From Paragordius varius (lineage: Eukaryota; Animalia; Nematomorpha), in NCBI GenBank assembly GCA_964247055.1, contig OZ176055.1, forward strand, positions 3,286,001 through 3,350,000: a stretch of 64,000 bases of DNA, in the 5' to 3' direction. This document shows positions 39,701-51,972 of the stretch, piece after piece (position 1 is the first letter of the stretch; the number at the start of each line of letters is the position of its first letter). The notes below the pieces were generated by a model, which was not told where the DNA came from, did no database searches, and saw only the letters and a list, made by a program, of their open reading frames with translations. The translations under genes were made by a program, and so were the position numbers.

Positions 39701-42700
39701 GTTATTGATTAATGACAAATTGTATAATTAACATTTTTATTGATGATATTTAATTTTTGAGAATTTACCAATCATGTAAAATCTTACCTTTCTAGAAAAT
39801 TATCTTTTGTTTAAACAAGTGCGGCCATAAAACAACTAGGTAATTTAGGTTTTATGAGAAAAAAACGCGTCTCCGCATATACATTACATTGTAAGTGAAG
39901 ATATGGAAAATCCAATTATATATAAATCAATCCAAATAAATGGCAAAGCTTACTTTGAATCGTTCAAATTTCTCAAATGATTTTTTAATAATAAATATTT
40001 TAAAAAGTTTTTAATCACATAAATACAAACATCATCATAAAAATCTTCTGCCATTATTGAAGGTAGGATGAAACAGTTGGAATCGTTTTCCCTTATATTT
40101 ATGGAGATGAATCCCTTTTAATTAATTGAAGAAAGTTGTTTGTTTGTTCGTTTGTTTTCAAAGGAGATAAATTGTTGTTATTAAGGAATACCAAAAACTA
40201 TATTACACAATAATATATTATTTGTGTGCTATGCCATCATATTTCATATTATAAAAAATATATTTGATATAAAAAAGATGTGGTGGTGAAAAAAATTTTC
40301 TTGAACACTGTAAGGGGAAAAATGATCGATCGATTATTACGCAAGATATTTGGAAAGTAACAGTTTCATCTATTATTATAGTCTATATGTACCATATCAA
40401 AATTTCAATCCCCCATTTTTAATCTCCATCATTCCATCTCCATCTACAATCCATGAAGGGATTATTACATGAAACTTTAGTTGTGGTAGCACGGATATTT
40501 ATATACAATAGCGTATGGTGTAAAATATCCCACTGTCGTAATTAAACATATATGTATCCCCTAAACTTTAACATTGCCTCATTTATTTTGCAACAGACGA
40601 GATATTACACCATATGCTACGGTAAATTAATAATTTGAATTTTAAAATCTAACATAAATCCGGTGTGTTTAGTCTTTCATTCGTGAGTTGATATAGTAGA
40701 GAGAGAGAAGTAAAAAAGAGTACAAACAAAATATGGTGGTTTCTTTTCCAATTACATAAGCCAACAAAATGTACATAACTGTGCTATCATTTATAATTTT
40801 CTCGAATCGATTTTGTTAGAAGTTGGTTTGTGGTGCCATATGTAAGTAATAATAAGTTGAAACATTTTTTAACGAGGATAAAATTTATATGATAGGAACT
40901 AGTGGATTGTGTTCCATAATATTCTTAACTTATAAAAATCGGATCGAAAAATCCCATTAAATTTTAGGAAACTAATTTGGCTATCAATGACCCCTGATAC
41001 TTTTTAAATATTTATCGTCATTTTAGGTTACATTAATTTTTATATTAAAAAAATATTTTTTGAAGACGATCGGATACAAATAACTAACAATTGCATTTTT
41101 ACACATCTTTTATTAGTCATGCAAGGCAAGAAAGAGAAGAAATGTTTTATCATGGGGTCAAAGGTAAATATCGAGAATTATTAAATCCCTAGTTTTTGTG
41201 AGCCGAAAATAAATATTTGTTTAGCAGTAGTAAGAACAACATCTAAATTATATTTTATTTAATGAAAGAATGTATCGGGAGCAACGGTATATGGCCATTT
41301 ATTTTAGCCATATGAATAAAATAAATTTAAAGAATAATGACTTTACTCTGCTCTTACTTACTTAATATCAAATTTTTTGAGGGATCAATGGCACTTTATG
41401 AGAGTATGTGGTGCATTTTAAACATAAAAACAGACCAAAATTATAAAAATATTTAAAAATGTATCTCATCTATCATAATTTTGGGATTTTTCAAATTTTA
41501 TGTGTTTGCTTAAAACATTAATATGTAACTAATATAAATAGTTATCTAAAAGAACACATTAAGGACATAATAAATAGTGTAAGACGGTTTGAATAAAGTT
41601 ATATAATAATTTGTGAAAAATATGCATTGTTACATGCTTTTTTCCACAATTTTCAGGTTTAAATGTAAAATAAAAACCTATAATATAGCTAAAACAAAAA
41701 AGTCTTGTAAAAAGACTGTGAATGGCCTAACTACAAGCTCTCTTACACACATAAGTTGATGTAAGGTCATTAGCCTCGTTCAATGCAAATGAAATGTGGT
41801 TGATTATTTTTATTATTAAAAAAACTATTTTTTATTCTTCCAAAATTCATGAAATTTATAATACTAATGATGTTACACATATTTTGAAAATATAAATAAT
41901 ACGGACTGTGCATGTTGAAAAACTGCAAAGTTTGGACGCGTGAATTAAGGTTGTTGTATTAATCATTATTTCATGTGAATAAACCTTGATCTGTTATTAA
42001 CTCACTAGTCAAAGAATTTGAAACATATCTAACATTAAATTCTTATCAATAAATTTTATAATTTACCATATTATAAAATATTTTATATGTTGTCTTTGAA
42101 AAAAATAATTTAATTACCATCTGTGCGAAAAATCAGACACCTAAATATCGTCATATCATTATTCGTGACAAACATATTTTGATGACAAAAAAACGGAAAT
42201 GCTAAATGATCATAATTAAAGTTTATTTTGATTATCCTTAAAAAAATAAGCAGGGATCAAAAGACGTATGAGGGGACGTATCAAACATATATCTTCTAAT
42301 TTACTACGTAAAAGGGATTAATATCTTATTTTTATTTGACAAAATATGTCTGTTTTATGTATCTTCACAAATAACGTTCTGTAATAATTCGAATTGCGTA
42401 ATTTCTTTTCTGATTAACATTAGTATTATTTTACAGGCTTTATAAACAAAAGTTCTTGATTATAAAACCTCTCGTTATAGAAGTTTTTTTGTTAAGGAAA
42501 ATTGACCATTTGTGTCCTTGATAGATGCAAAATCCCCCTCAAACAGCTCTTGTGAGCTTATCATTATACTAAAAAACTTAAATCAAAATTTAATATACAT
42601 TACTATTTTATGTAACATTACGCAGACATGTGCAAGCTGGATGCCAATATAAAATTTACATATGTGTGTATGTCTTATATTTGTATACTCAACGAGCATA

Positions 42701-45700
42701 ACTTTAGTGAACACAACTAAATTGCCATCAAATTTTGTTCATGCGTGAGACTTTATACATTTGTACATGTATAAATGGTAATTTTTATATATTTTTGTCT
42801 CTATTAATCCCCTCTTTTTCACCATCCATTTGCCATTTTTGTTTACGATTTAACTAACCCTTTGATTGTAAAATTTATATTTGAGGCATAAAAAAGAGAG
42901 TTCGAGACACAACATTATGTAACAAACACACACAACCAAAAATTCGTATTTTAAATAAAAAAAAATCTGGGATTGAAATAAAAAGGATATCGTTATTTTT
43001 TTTCAACAAAAAGGCACCAATTAAAGGGGACCGTATGCTATTTTAAAATAAAAAAGTGTAATATCAAAATGATTTGGAATTTAAAAATAAAAATGGACAA
43101 GCTCCTTAAATTTATTTGTTTTTGACATTTAAAAAGCATTTATTCAATTATATAAACTATAGATGAGATTCAACCATTTATGATAATTATCTACAGATTG
43201 TCCACATATTGTAAATAAGAACCTATTTAAAAGTTAAATGAAATATTGTTTAATATAATGAGTAAAATTCTGAAAATTTTCGTCATTTGACTAAATGACT
43301 TATATTTAATTAAATATATCTTAGAACATTTACATCAAAACATTTATAAATTTTTAAGAGCATAGATATAAAACATTTTAAACTGGTATACATATAATTT
43401 TTAAAATTTTCAGAAATATAAAAACGTATATATACATCGATAACAACGATCGCAACTATCACAAATTTTCTAATCAAATTGCCCTCTCTGCGTTAGACTG
43501 TTTATTTTATCTGATATCGTACGAATTCAAAAATATATAATGTAAAAAATAGGTAAGAATAATGAAAAATAATAAAAATTTGACTTATACAACACATATA
43601 ATGTGTATTAAATTACAAGCCAATTCCTTTATTGCCTTGATAGCTATATTGATTAAAATAGTACTTTTAGTGTTTAAAATTGTCACTAAGATCCAATATT
43701 TATAAGGACATTAAACAATGTTTTATATATATTTTGTTAAGTAAATACGTAATAAATTATACATTTTAGGATTATATATGTCCAAAAACTAATAAAAACT
43801 GTCAACTTTACTACACAATCCAGATAATAGACATCAATCAAGTGTCGCAAATAAATTTATATGTGAATGCAACACAAAAATAAAAAAGGTAAAAAAAACA
43901 TTTACATAATATGTATATATAATAAATTAATATATCGACATACTTTTAAAACCAACCTTGGTTTTGATTCCATGAGAATATTAGAATTGACTTTGCTATC
44001 GAAGATGAAACTTAAAAAGTTTTTTTATTAATTGGGCAGATTTGTTTATGATAGTAAAAGCTAATTTGCAATTCAATGTTTGGCAATAAATGGCGACAAT
44101 ATTTTTGGAATAAATGCAATGGCCAATTATTGAGAACATTTTACACACTTTTTTATCGAATTCTAATAGGGGCATTTTTTTCAGATAATAATGTATTAGA
44201 TAGTCGTTTGTATTTTTACACTGTATTAAAATGGGAAAAAAATTTGAAATAAAAATTTTAAATTATGTAATAATGTATCAATAATGTTATTATATAAATT
44301 TGCAAGCCTAAACAAAATTGATTCCGAAAAATTTCCCTGCGTCTTTTTATTTTTAGTGTAAATGTGATATATACATATAAGGTACATTTTATATTTTGAG
44401 TGATTCGAATTTTTGACAATCTAAATTTCTAAGTATACAGTCATTAGTAGATATTTATTATAATTCTTGTAACTGATCATAATAAAAATAAGCATAATTT
44501 TAATTTTGTCTTGATTGTGTAAACATTATCAAGTCTGATTACTATGTAAACAATTATATGCTTCAAATAAAGGTGTATAGCATATTTTTTGTACAAAATA
44601 GTATCTGTATGATTGTTTATTATTGACGATTTTTGTATTAAGGTGAATTAGTTATGCTTTTTATCAATAAAATGATATTAAATTTCTAAAAATCTTCAGA
44701 TTGAATTAAAAGAAATATCATTCAAAGATGTGTCTAAAGGCAAAGATAGATTGTTTAAATGTGGGGGGAAAATAAATTTGTATATACCTATTTATGTCTC
44801 ATAATCACAATTAATATAATGCGAACAAAATTATAGATTTTTTCAAATATATGCAAAAAGTTGTAATTAGAGCTAAAAAACAAAAAATTTTGCTTCTCTT
44901 AAATAAAATAACCAATAATAAAGGTTGGATTTTTTTAAATACATCATCCTAAACCAGTAGTGTTCTGAGACATTGTACCCGCAAAAAATCAGGAAATATC
45001 TGATAAATATGTTTGAATAATCTTAATAAATTGATTCTTAATCAAATTTTAATATTCCTATCTAAATGGAAAAAAATTATAAAAGATATTAAATTTTGTT
45101 TGCATCTTGGTCTTATGTTTAAAATCTAATGTTATATATATTAATGCCTATAAATATTTCAAATGCCGTCCCCTTTTTGATTAAAAATGATGCCCGTGAA
45201 GCCATTTGCGCTGGAAACCCCTCTTCTAAACAATCACCAACGATATATATTTGTATATGTTAATATATTTTAAAATATTATTATCACTTATTTTTTTGCT
45301 ATTGAAAACGATTTATCGATAACAAACAATCATTATTTTGAGTTTGTTAATTACCTTGTTTTAATTAGGCTTTTAAAAAATGTTTACTTACTTAAGGGTT
45401 GCAATTGGAGCTAGGTAGTTTTGATTTTAAAAAATGCTATTGATTTAACTATTAAAACCTATCCTAAGAATAGGGGAATGGATTTAGTGATTTTTCATAA
45501 TATTAACGAATTTGTTTCGCATTTATATTTCTCTTTTATATAAACGGGAAGGTAAACGACAATTTTGTTATACAGGATATGAGCGGGTTAAAATGCAATT
45601 TGAAAAATATAAAAACGATAATTAAAAATATAGTTTGTATATTAAGTTTTAATCACAAGAATTAGTTTTTCATTTTTAATAAAATTAACCTGTGAATATC

Positions 45701-46009
45701 TTGTTTTTCGATTGGTAATTTCCCTGACTAAGCGAGTTTTAAAAGTTAAATGTTTCCTTTCAAACATTAATTAATATTATATAAGTATACTATATATAAG
45801 GTGACCAGATTTTTTTAAGGAAAAAGCGGGACAAATCTGAGAGGGGGGTCATTGGGGGGTACAACCAATAATTTTTATACAAAAAATTATTGTAATATTT
45901 ATTTATTTTTAACACAAATACATTATAAAAATAAAAAATTTGTACCTTACAGGTTGTTTGTACCTTATTCATTAAATTTACATGTGCACGAACAAAGGGT
46001 GAAGTGATT

Positions 46010-46760
46010 GTAATATTCTAGAAAAGAATAATAAAGACGAAATCATCACAAAGTGCGCTGGGTGATGCAAGAAGCGGCACAAAAAATATTTTCACAATTT
46101 AGCGAATAATCTTAATTATACATTATTGGCAGATACACAACGCTATTCAGACAGCTACTGATTTGTTAACCCTGGATGTAGAAAATATAGATGTTAAAAT
46201 GCTTGGATATTGTAGAACTGTTGGTTAGCTCTTTTGCCAGCGATTGAAATATTTATAAAAATGTGATCTCCTAGAATCCTATTTTTTATCACAGGACAAA
46301 GGTCAAAATTCCAAGTCAAAAAAGGTTAAAAAATATACCATTACCTAATCGCAATATTATAAAACATCCAGAAAAACAAGGCTCAATGAATATCCAGAAT
46401 ATAAAAATGTTTTATACAAACAGAGACGATTATTTGGGAGACAAGACGGTGCACAATGACACTTTTTATGAAGTTTCATTATTAAATAAATATATTGAAT
46501 GAAAACTTAAATTATGGACAACAGAAAAAACGTAGGATAGAAATGGTTAAAATAATCATTTTTAAACAAATTATGTTCCATACAAAAATATTTTAATATA
46601 AAATTTGCATTATCTTTACCTGAACCACTGCTATTGAACGCGTTTTTCCACAGTAAATTAAGTAAGGACACGAAATCAAATTTAAATGTTGAATAAAAAC
46701 CATTTTATGTGTTCAAATATAATTTGACAAATTATGAAGACTTATACAATATTTTAAGTA
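46010..46760 (+). pseudogene. Internally deleted, inverted second copy of the same hAT transposase family
   Basis: 46010-46200 resembles the reverse complement of ~47800-48045, 46200-46300 resembles that of ~47635-47735, and 46610-46750 resembles that of ~46880-47030. Confidence 0.8.
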
Positions 46761-46789
46761 ATTTTGTTTATTTTTTAACAAAAAAACTT

Positions 46790-48540
46790 TATAATTATAA
46801 GAAAATATTTTATTCATTGGTATATTTTTTGAGCGAATGCGTTTTAGCAGATTGTCATCATTTTTTAAAATATTGTAGAAAAGTCTTTACAAGAATTTAA
46901 ATTATATTTGACAGATAAGACGGCCTTTAAAGTTTCAACATTTAAATTTGATTTTTCCAATGTCCACGCCTGATTTACTGAGGAAAAAAACGCGCTCAGT
47001 AGCAGCGTTGGTTCCAGGTAAAGATAGTGCGAATTCCACAATTTTTAAAATATTATTGTATGTATTCTAGTTGGCTTCAAAATGATGATATATTTCCAAC
47101 CATTTCTTTTCTACTGTATATTTTTATTTTGTCCATAATTTAAGTTTTTCATTATTAATATATCTTTTAACTAATGATACTTCAGAAAAAAGATCATTTT
47201 CTGAGATTACTTTTTGAGAATTTTTGGGAGCAGATATAACCAAATGATTTTTGAACATCACACCATTCTGATTTTAATGTTCAATGAAAATGATCCATTT
47301 TATTGAATTGCGTCGTCCAATCTTCCAAATGATCTTTACAGTTTGTATAAAACATTTTTATATGGTACAGGATATCTTGGCGATTTATTATTCCTTGTTT
47401 TTCTAAATTATTTATTATATTACGGATGATTAATGGTATAAAATTATTTTCTAACCGTTCTTGACATTGGAATTTTAGGTTACTAACTTCATTGGCTACT
47501 TCGATTGCCGAAATTTTGTCACCGTCTATAAATTTAATAACATTTTGAAACAGAGAAGCTTGATTATGTAAGAATAACCATATTTTTGAAGAATCACTTT
47601 CAAAAAACTTTTTTAAAGTTGAAGGACATTTGTCCCGTGATAAAAAAATTTTTAAAGGATCATACATTTTTAAAATACTTTCGATAGCTGGCATAAAAGC
47701 TAACCAACGAGTTTTACAATATTCAAGCATTTTTTGATATTTCTGCATTTTCACAGAATTCTTTAATCGTTTCAACACGTACCGTGTATACAAAAAAATA
47801 GGAATTTATTTTAACAACTACATTTTCCACATCTAAGGGTAACAAATCAGCAGCTGTTTGAATAGCGTTGTGTATTATATGCCCTGCACACCCAACGCCA
47901 ATAATGTTTTGATTAAGATTATCTGTTAATTTATGAAAAGTATTTTTTGTTCCCCTCCTTGCTTTTCCACCAAAGTTCGTATTGGTTGTCAGCGCAATAT
48001 GCGATAATTTTGTCTTTTAAATTATTTTTTTCTAGAATATTCATTATTGGAGTAAATATTATTTCGGAATTTACCCGGGTAGAAAAATTAAATCTAAAAT
48101 TTTGGGAAATAATTTTGCTTCATGGTGATTTGATGCATCAGAGTATAGGGATAAGATATTAATTTTCAGCAAATCTTTTTGTATTTCAGAAAATGCATGT
48201 GGCGAAAGGACATTGCACACAATGGCTTTGGCCTTTATACGGGCACATGTAAATTTTTTATGGAATAATGTGCGAATAACCTAGATACAGTCCATAGATC
48301 TAAAGGAATGATTGTGATTAACGGCGTGAAAAGACTCCAAATGCGGTTTTTCGAAAAAAATCGCTCATTTTGTAAGATGATGCCGCCATATCTAAACGTT
48401 TTTTATGTTTCTGTGTTTCCATATGCTTTGTAGTACCATGCTTCCATGTGCTAGGGTGAATTCCCCCTCGCATATAAGACATTTAACAAATGATTCATTC
48501 TTCGTTTTTTTGCTAAAGGAAAATCTTTCATTTATTCATC
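46790..48540 (-). pseudogene. Frameshifted hAT transposase
   Basis: Fragments in shifting frames: KCLICEGEFTLAHG..HMETQKHK (Zn finger-like), YCADN..NFGG, GCAGHIIHNA (CxxH), KTRWLA, and LSLPGTNAATERVF (dimerization domain). ORF 47281-47793 is one piece. Confidence 0.88.
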
Positions 48541-49749
48541 GTTGAATTACCTCTTTTTGTGCTCACAATTATAAACTACTATTAGTATAATAAATATTAT
48601 ATTACCTTAATTTTCTAGAATAAACTTGTAAGGTACCGATTTGTGGTATCAATTTGTCTTTTAAGCTACCGATTTGTGGTATTAACTTGGCTTATGATAA
48701 TGATGACAGTAGTAGTAGGAAGCAAAGTGTATAATCATATGATATAAATTCGAAAAAAATAAATATTTTATAAAAATAAAAATTTAATTTAAAATTTAAA
48801 CGGATAAAAAAATTTATTTGTATTAAAAATTTTTTTTTATATAATCGTGAAAAAGCGGGACATTTTAAAACGTAGCGGGAGGCGGGACAAAGTGTGAAAA
48901 AGCGGGACTGTCCCGCCAAAAGCGGGACGTCTGGTCACCTTAACTATATACCAGTCCATTAACTCTTGGGGTGGATTTATGCCAATAATTTTAATTTGAA
49001 TATCTTAAAAAGTTTGAGGTAATAAGCTGAATTTAAAAATATGCTTTATTTAGTCTTTTAGGAACATTATACAAATTTTTTCAAAAAATAAAAAATTGTA
49101 AAAAAATCTTTGTCTCTATTTTTGCCGCTTTTTTATATAATTTTTTTAAACGTTAAGGTAAGATGCAAATAAATGTATATTATGGTTAGAAAATCTAAAG
49201 TATCTTAAAAAAGATTTCAAGCTACATTTTTACCAGTGATATATTTTGTTAATATCAGCTGTTGGTTATAATCGTGTTTTAAAGCTGTCCCAATTTTAGG
49301 CTCTAGAAGTCAGAAAACTGGCAAAAATATATGTTTTTTTATCTTATACATGAGAACAATGTTTGATAATTAAATTTTAAATCAAATACTTTCAAAACTG
49401 TTTATATACGAAATTGAGCTATGGAATCTAAAACTACCCCAAAAGGCAACTGTGACAAAATAATGGAAAAGTAATGAAGTGTTAAAAAACAAAAAATACT
49501 TTTAAAAAATTAATTTTAAGATGTGGGCTCCTCTCAAATCTTTGCCAATGGGCTTTCCTCAAAATAAACTCAAGCCCGAGATTTAGTGAAATTTTTTAAT
49601 ATGGCACTAATAAATATTTTTAATAATGCACACTCTCTTCAACAATTAAACTGTCAGCAACATTTTGTGAAGCGTCCTTTATGCAATTTCGAAGGATAAT
49701 AATTGAAACATTATAAAAGCGTTACATTACAATAACATTTTGCTACTAT

Positions 49750-50158
49750 ATTTATAAAAATGGAAAATGCTGGCTCTGTGATCTGTTTCAGGAAAACCGG
49801 TAGACCCATTCAAATCAAATGTTAAAAAATATAATCATTAATAAATGACCCGACAATAGCTTCGCCCTTTTTTTAAATTAGGCCCCCAGTTCGGGCCCAC
49901 CCCGTGTGAAAAATGGGTTTTTTTGAAAACAGAAGTCCACAAACAATCGTGTCTTTGAGACAATTTTCCGGAGAACGTGTTGACCATTCTATTTCAAATA
50001 TGATTTTTGTTTACTTATTTTCGATTGCGCCGAACATAGTCGGCTCGCTTTTTTAGTTTAGGCCCTCTTTTTACCCGCTCCCCCCGTAATATGCCAATCC
50101 CCCCCTGAAATCCGTGAGGACTTCCTTGGGCTGCGTCCAGCACGAGATTTACGCTAGT
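49750..50158. repeat. Interspersed repeat with a hairpin plus CTAG|T end (Helitron-like); inverted copy at ~58530-58820
   Basis: 49750-50096 is the reverse complement of ~58530-58820 (e.g. ggccctctttttacccgctccccccgtaa). The + copy ends gggctgcgtcc..acgctag|t. Confidence 0.55.
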
Positions 50159-50600
50159 TTGATGATAAAAATAATTAAGTTAATATTTTTAAAATAATTG
50201 TTCGTCTAAATCTACAACATAAATTGTTTTTTTACAAAAAAATACCCAACTAACCTTTAAATTAAAAAACCAATGTTTAGCATCATCAAATTATATAGAA
50301 AAAAGTGTTTTTAAAATGTCAAGCGTTTTTATACCCGCCATCATTCTTCAAAATAGCATAAATGACACTAATAAAATTTTGTTAAAAAATAAATTTTTAA
50401 AAGTATGCATTTATTTAAAAATATATTTTTGTGATGCCATAATTTACAAAAGAATTTTTTTTATCGCAGATTGTCAACATTTTTGCGTTTATATTGAAAG
50501 AAATCCATTTTAGACGGGCAAAGATTTAACTTTCGGATCCCACATCTAATTAATTAAAATTGTAAAAATATTTTTTAAGCCTTAAAAATATAGTTAAGAT

Positions 50601-50872
50601 CAAGGATGTCTAACACAAATGGCTCCACGGGCGGCATTTTTGCTTTAAAAACCTGGCGGGCCGCATTTGAAATATATATGGGCATTCATTAATGATTTCT
50701 TAGATTTCCAGCATCAAACTGCAAAATTCGAACGCAACATAACAAGTTTTGTTATGGCTCTTACCAAATGAATAGAAATTGCTTATGAAATATCAATTTT
50801 GCGAAGAATTTATGTGCATACTTGAAAATCATGTATTTTAAATTTTTCGCGGCCGCGTGTTGGACACCTCTG
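50601..50872. mobile_element. Buster/Charlie-like hAT MITE in reverse orientation
   Basis: caaggatgtctaacac ... gtgttggacacctctg. Flanks gttaagat / atttagat. Confidence 0.7.
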
Positions 50873-51324
50873 ATTTAGATATATCATATTTTTTGAGAAA
50901 CTAGGTTTTACCAACAATTTCCTATTTCGCACTATGTGAGGTAAAATTTTTCGATATTGAACTACCACAAAAGTGAATATATTTCTAAAATGATGCGTAA
51001 GGTCCAAAACTAAAAGCACCATGATAATCCTGATACAATTGTCCATTAGATAATACATAAATCATTGAGATATATATATATATATATTATAATTTCGTTA
51101 CCACTGTGTAATATTAAAGGTTTATAAATTTTTACAACCCGTTAATTTTTTATTTAATTTTTAATTCCTCTACCCAAAACTCTAATTTTAATATAGCGCA
51201 TTAAACTCAATAATTTTAATTACCACATACAGCAATGTAGTAAAAAATTTTCATCCGTTTACATATTTCAATAAAAATGCGTAAATAAATAGGCAATAAT
51301 AAAGATACCCCATCGAATCTATCG

Positions 51325-51972
51325 GAAGGCGCCATCTATTATGTGTTATAAACCAACAGAAGAAAAGATGGTTAGTCTACTTAGTTGCATGTTGAATATA
51401 TTAGTATATCCTACAACAGAGACTATGAGAAACCCATTTTTGTCGATAGTGTTTACCACGTGTCATAGTGTGATACGCGTTTCGTCCTTTTTATGGACTC
51501 ATCAGTAACACATAATGAAACACGGGTAAATACTGTCAGTTTAGGAATTGTATATATATTGAGTATTAAATGATTCAAAATCGAATAGAGTCAGGGAAAT
51601 GAATCTTTAGTGCTTAGAGTCCATATTGGACAACCGATTGTACTAGAATGCTAGATATTATGACTCCTTATAATCCTTACAGCATTAAGCTTTATATAAA
51701 GAGAAAATCAGAAATCTTTTTGGAGGGCGCCATTTTCTTATAAGTTATAAATCAACGGTAGTAGAGATAGTTTATTTGATTGCAGGTTGGATATATTAAT
51801 ATCCTAAATAGCAACAGAGACTATGAGAAACCCAAATTTTGTTGAGAGTCCACAAAAAGGACGAAACGCGTCTCACACTATGAGTGATAAACACTGCCAA
51901 CAAAATTTGGGTTTCTTAGAATATTCCAATATATTCAACCTGCAACCAAGTGGACTAATTCTCTCTACTCCT
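51325..51972. mobile_element. Two related hammerhead-bearing repeat copies, the second with an inverted tail (Penelope pseudo-LTR-like relic)
   Basis: 51325-51441 and 51722-51842 are direct repeats. 51842-51972 (+) matches the minus-strand core and tail of copy 1. No RT ORF was found nearby. Confidence 0.55.
51463..51516 (-). ncRNA. Minimal type I hammerhead ribozyme motif (Penelope-associated style)
   Basis: The minus strand reads AUUAUGUGUUA-CUGAUGA-GUCC AUAAAAA GGAC-GAA-ACGCGU-A-UCACACUAUGA. The core is complete, stem II is 4 bp, stem III is the palindrome ACGCGU, the cleavage triplet is GUA, and stem I has one mismatch. Confidence 0.75.

Larger units (their letters stand above)
45797..48942 (-). 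mobile_element. Full-length hAT (Blackjack-type) DNA transposon, 3146 bp, with decayed transposase
   Basis: Perfect 13-bp TIR TAAGGTGACCAGA at both ends. Identical 8-bp TSD ACTATATA at 45789-45796 and 48943-48950. Subterminal AGCGGGAC repeats at both ends. Confidence 0.93.
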
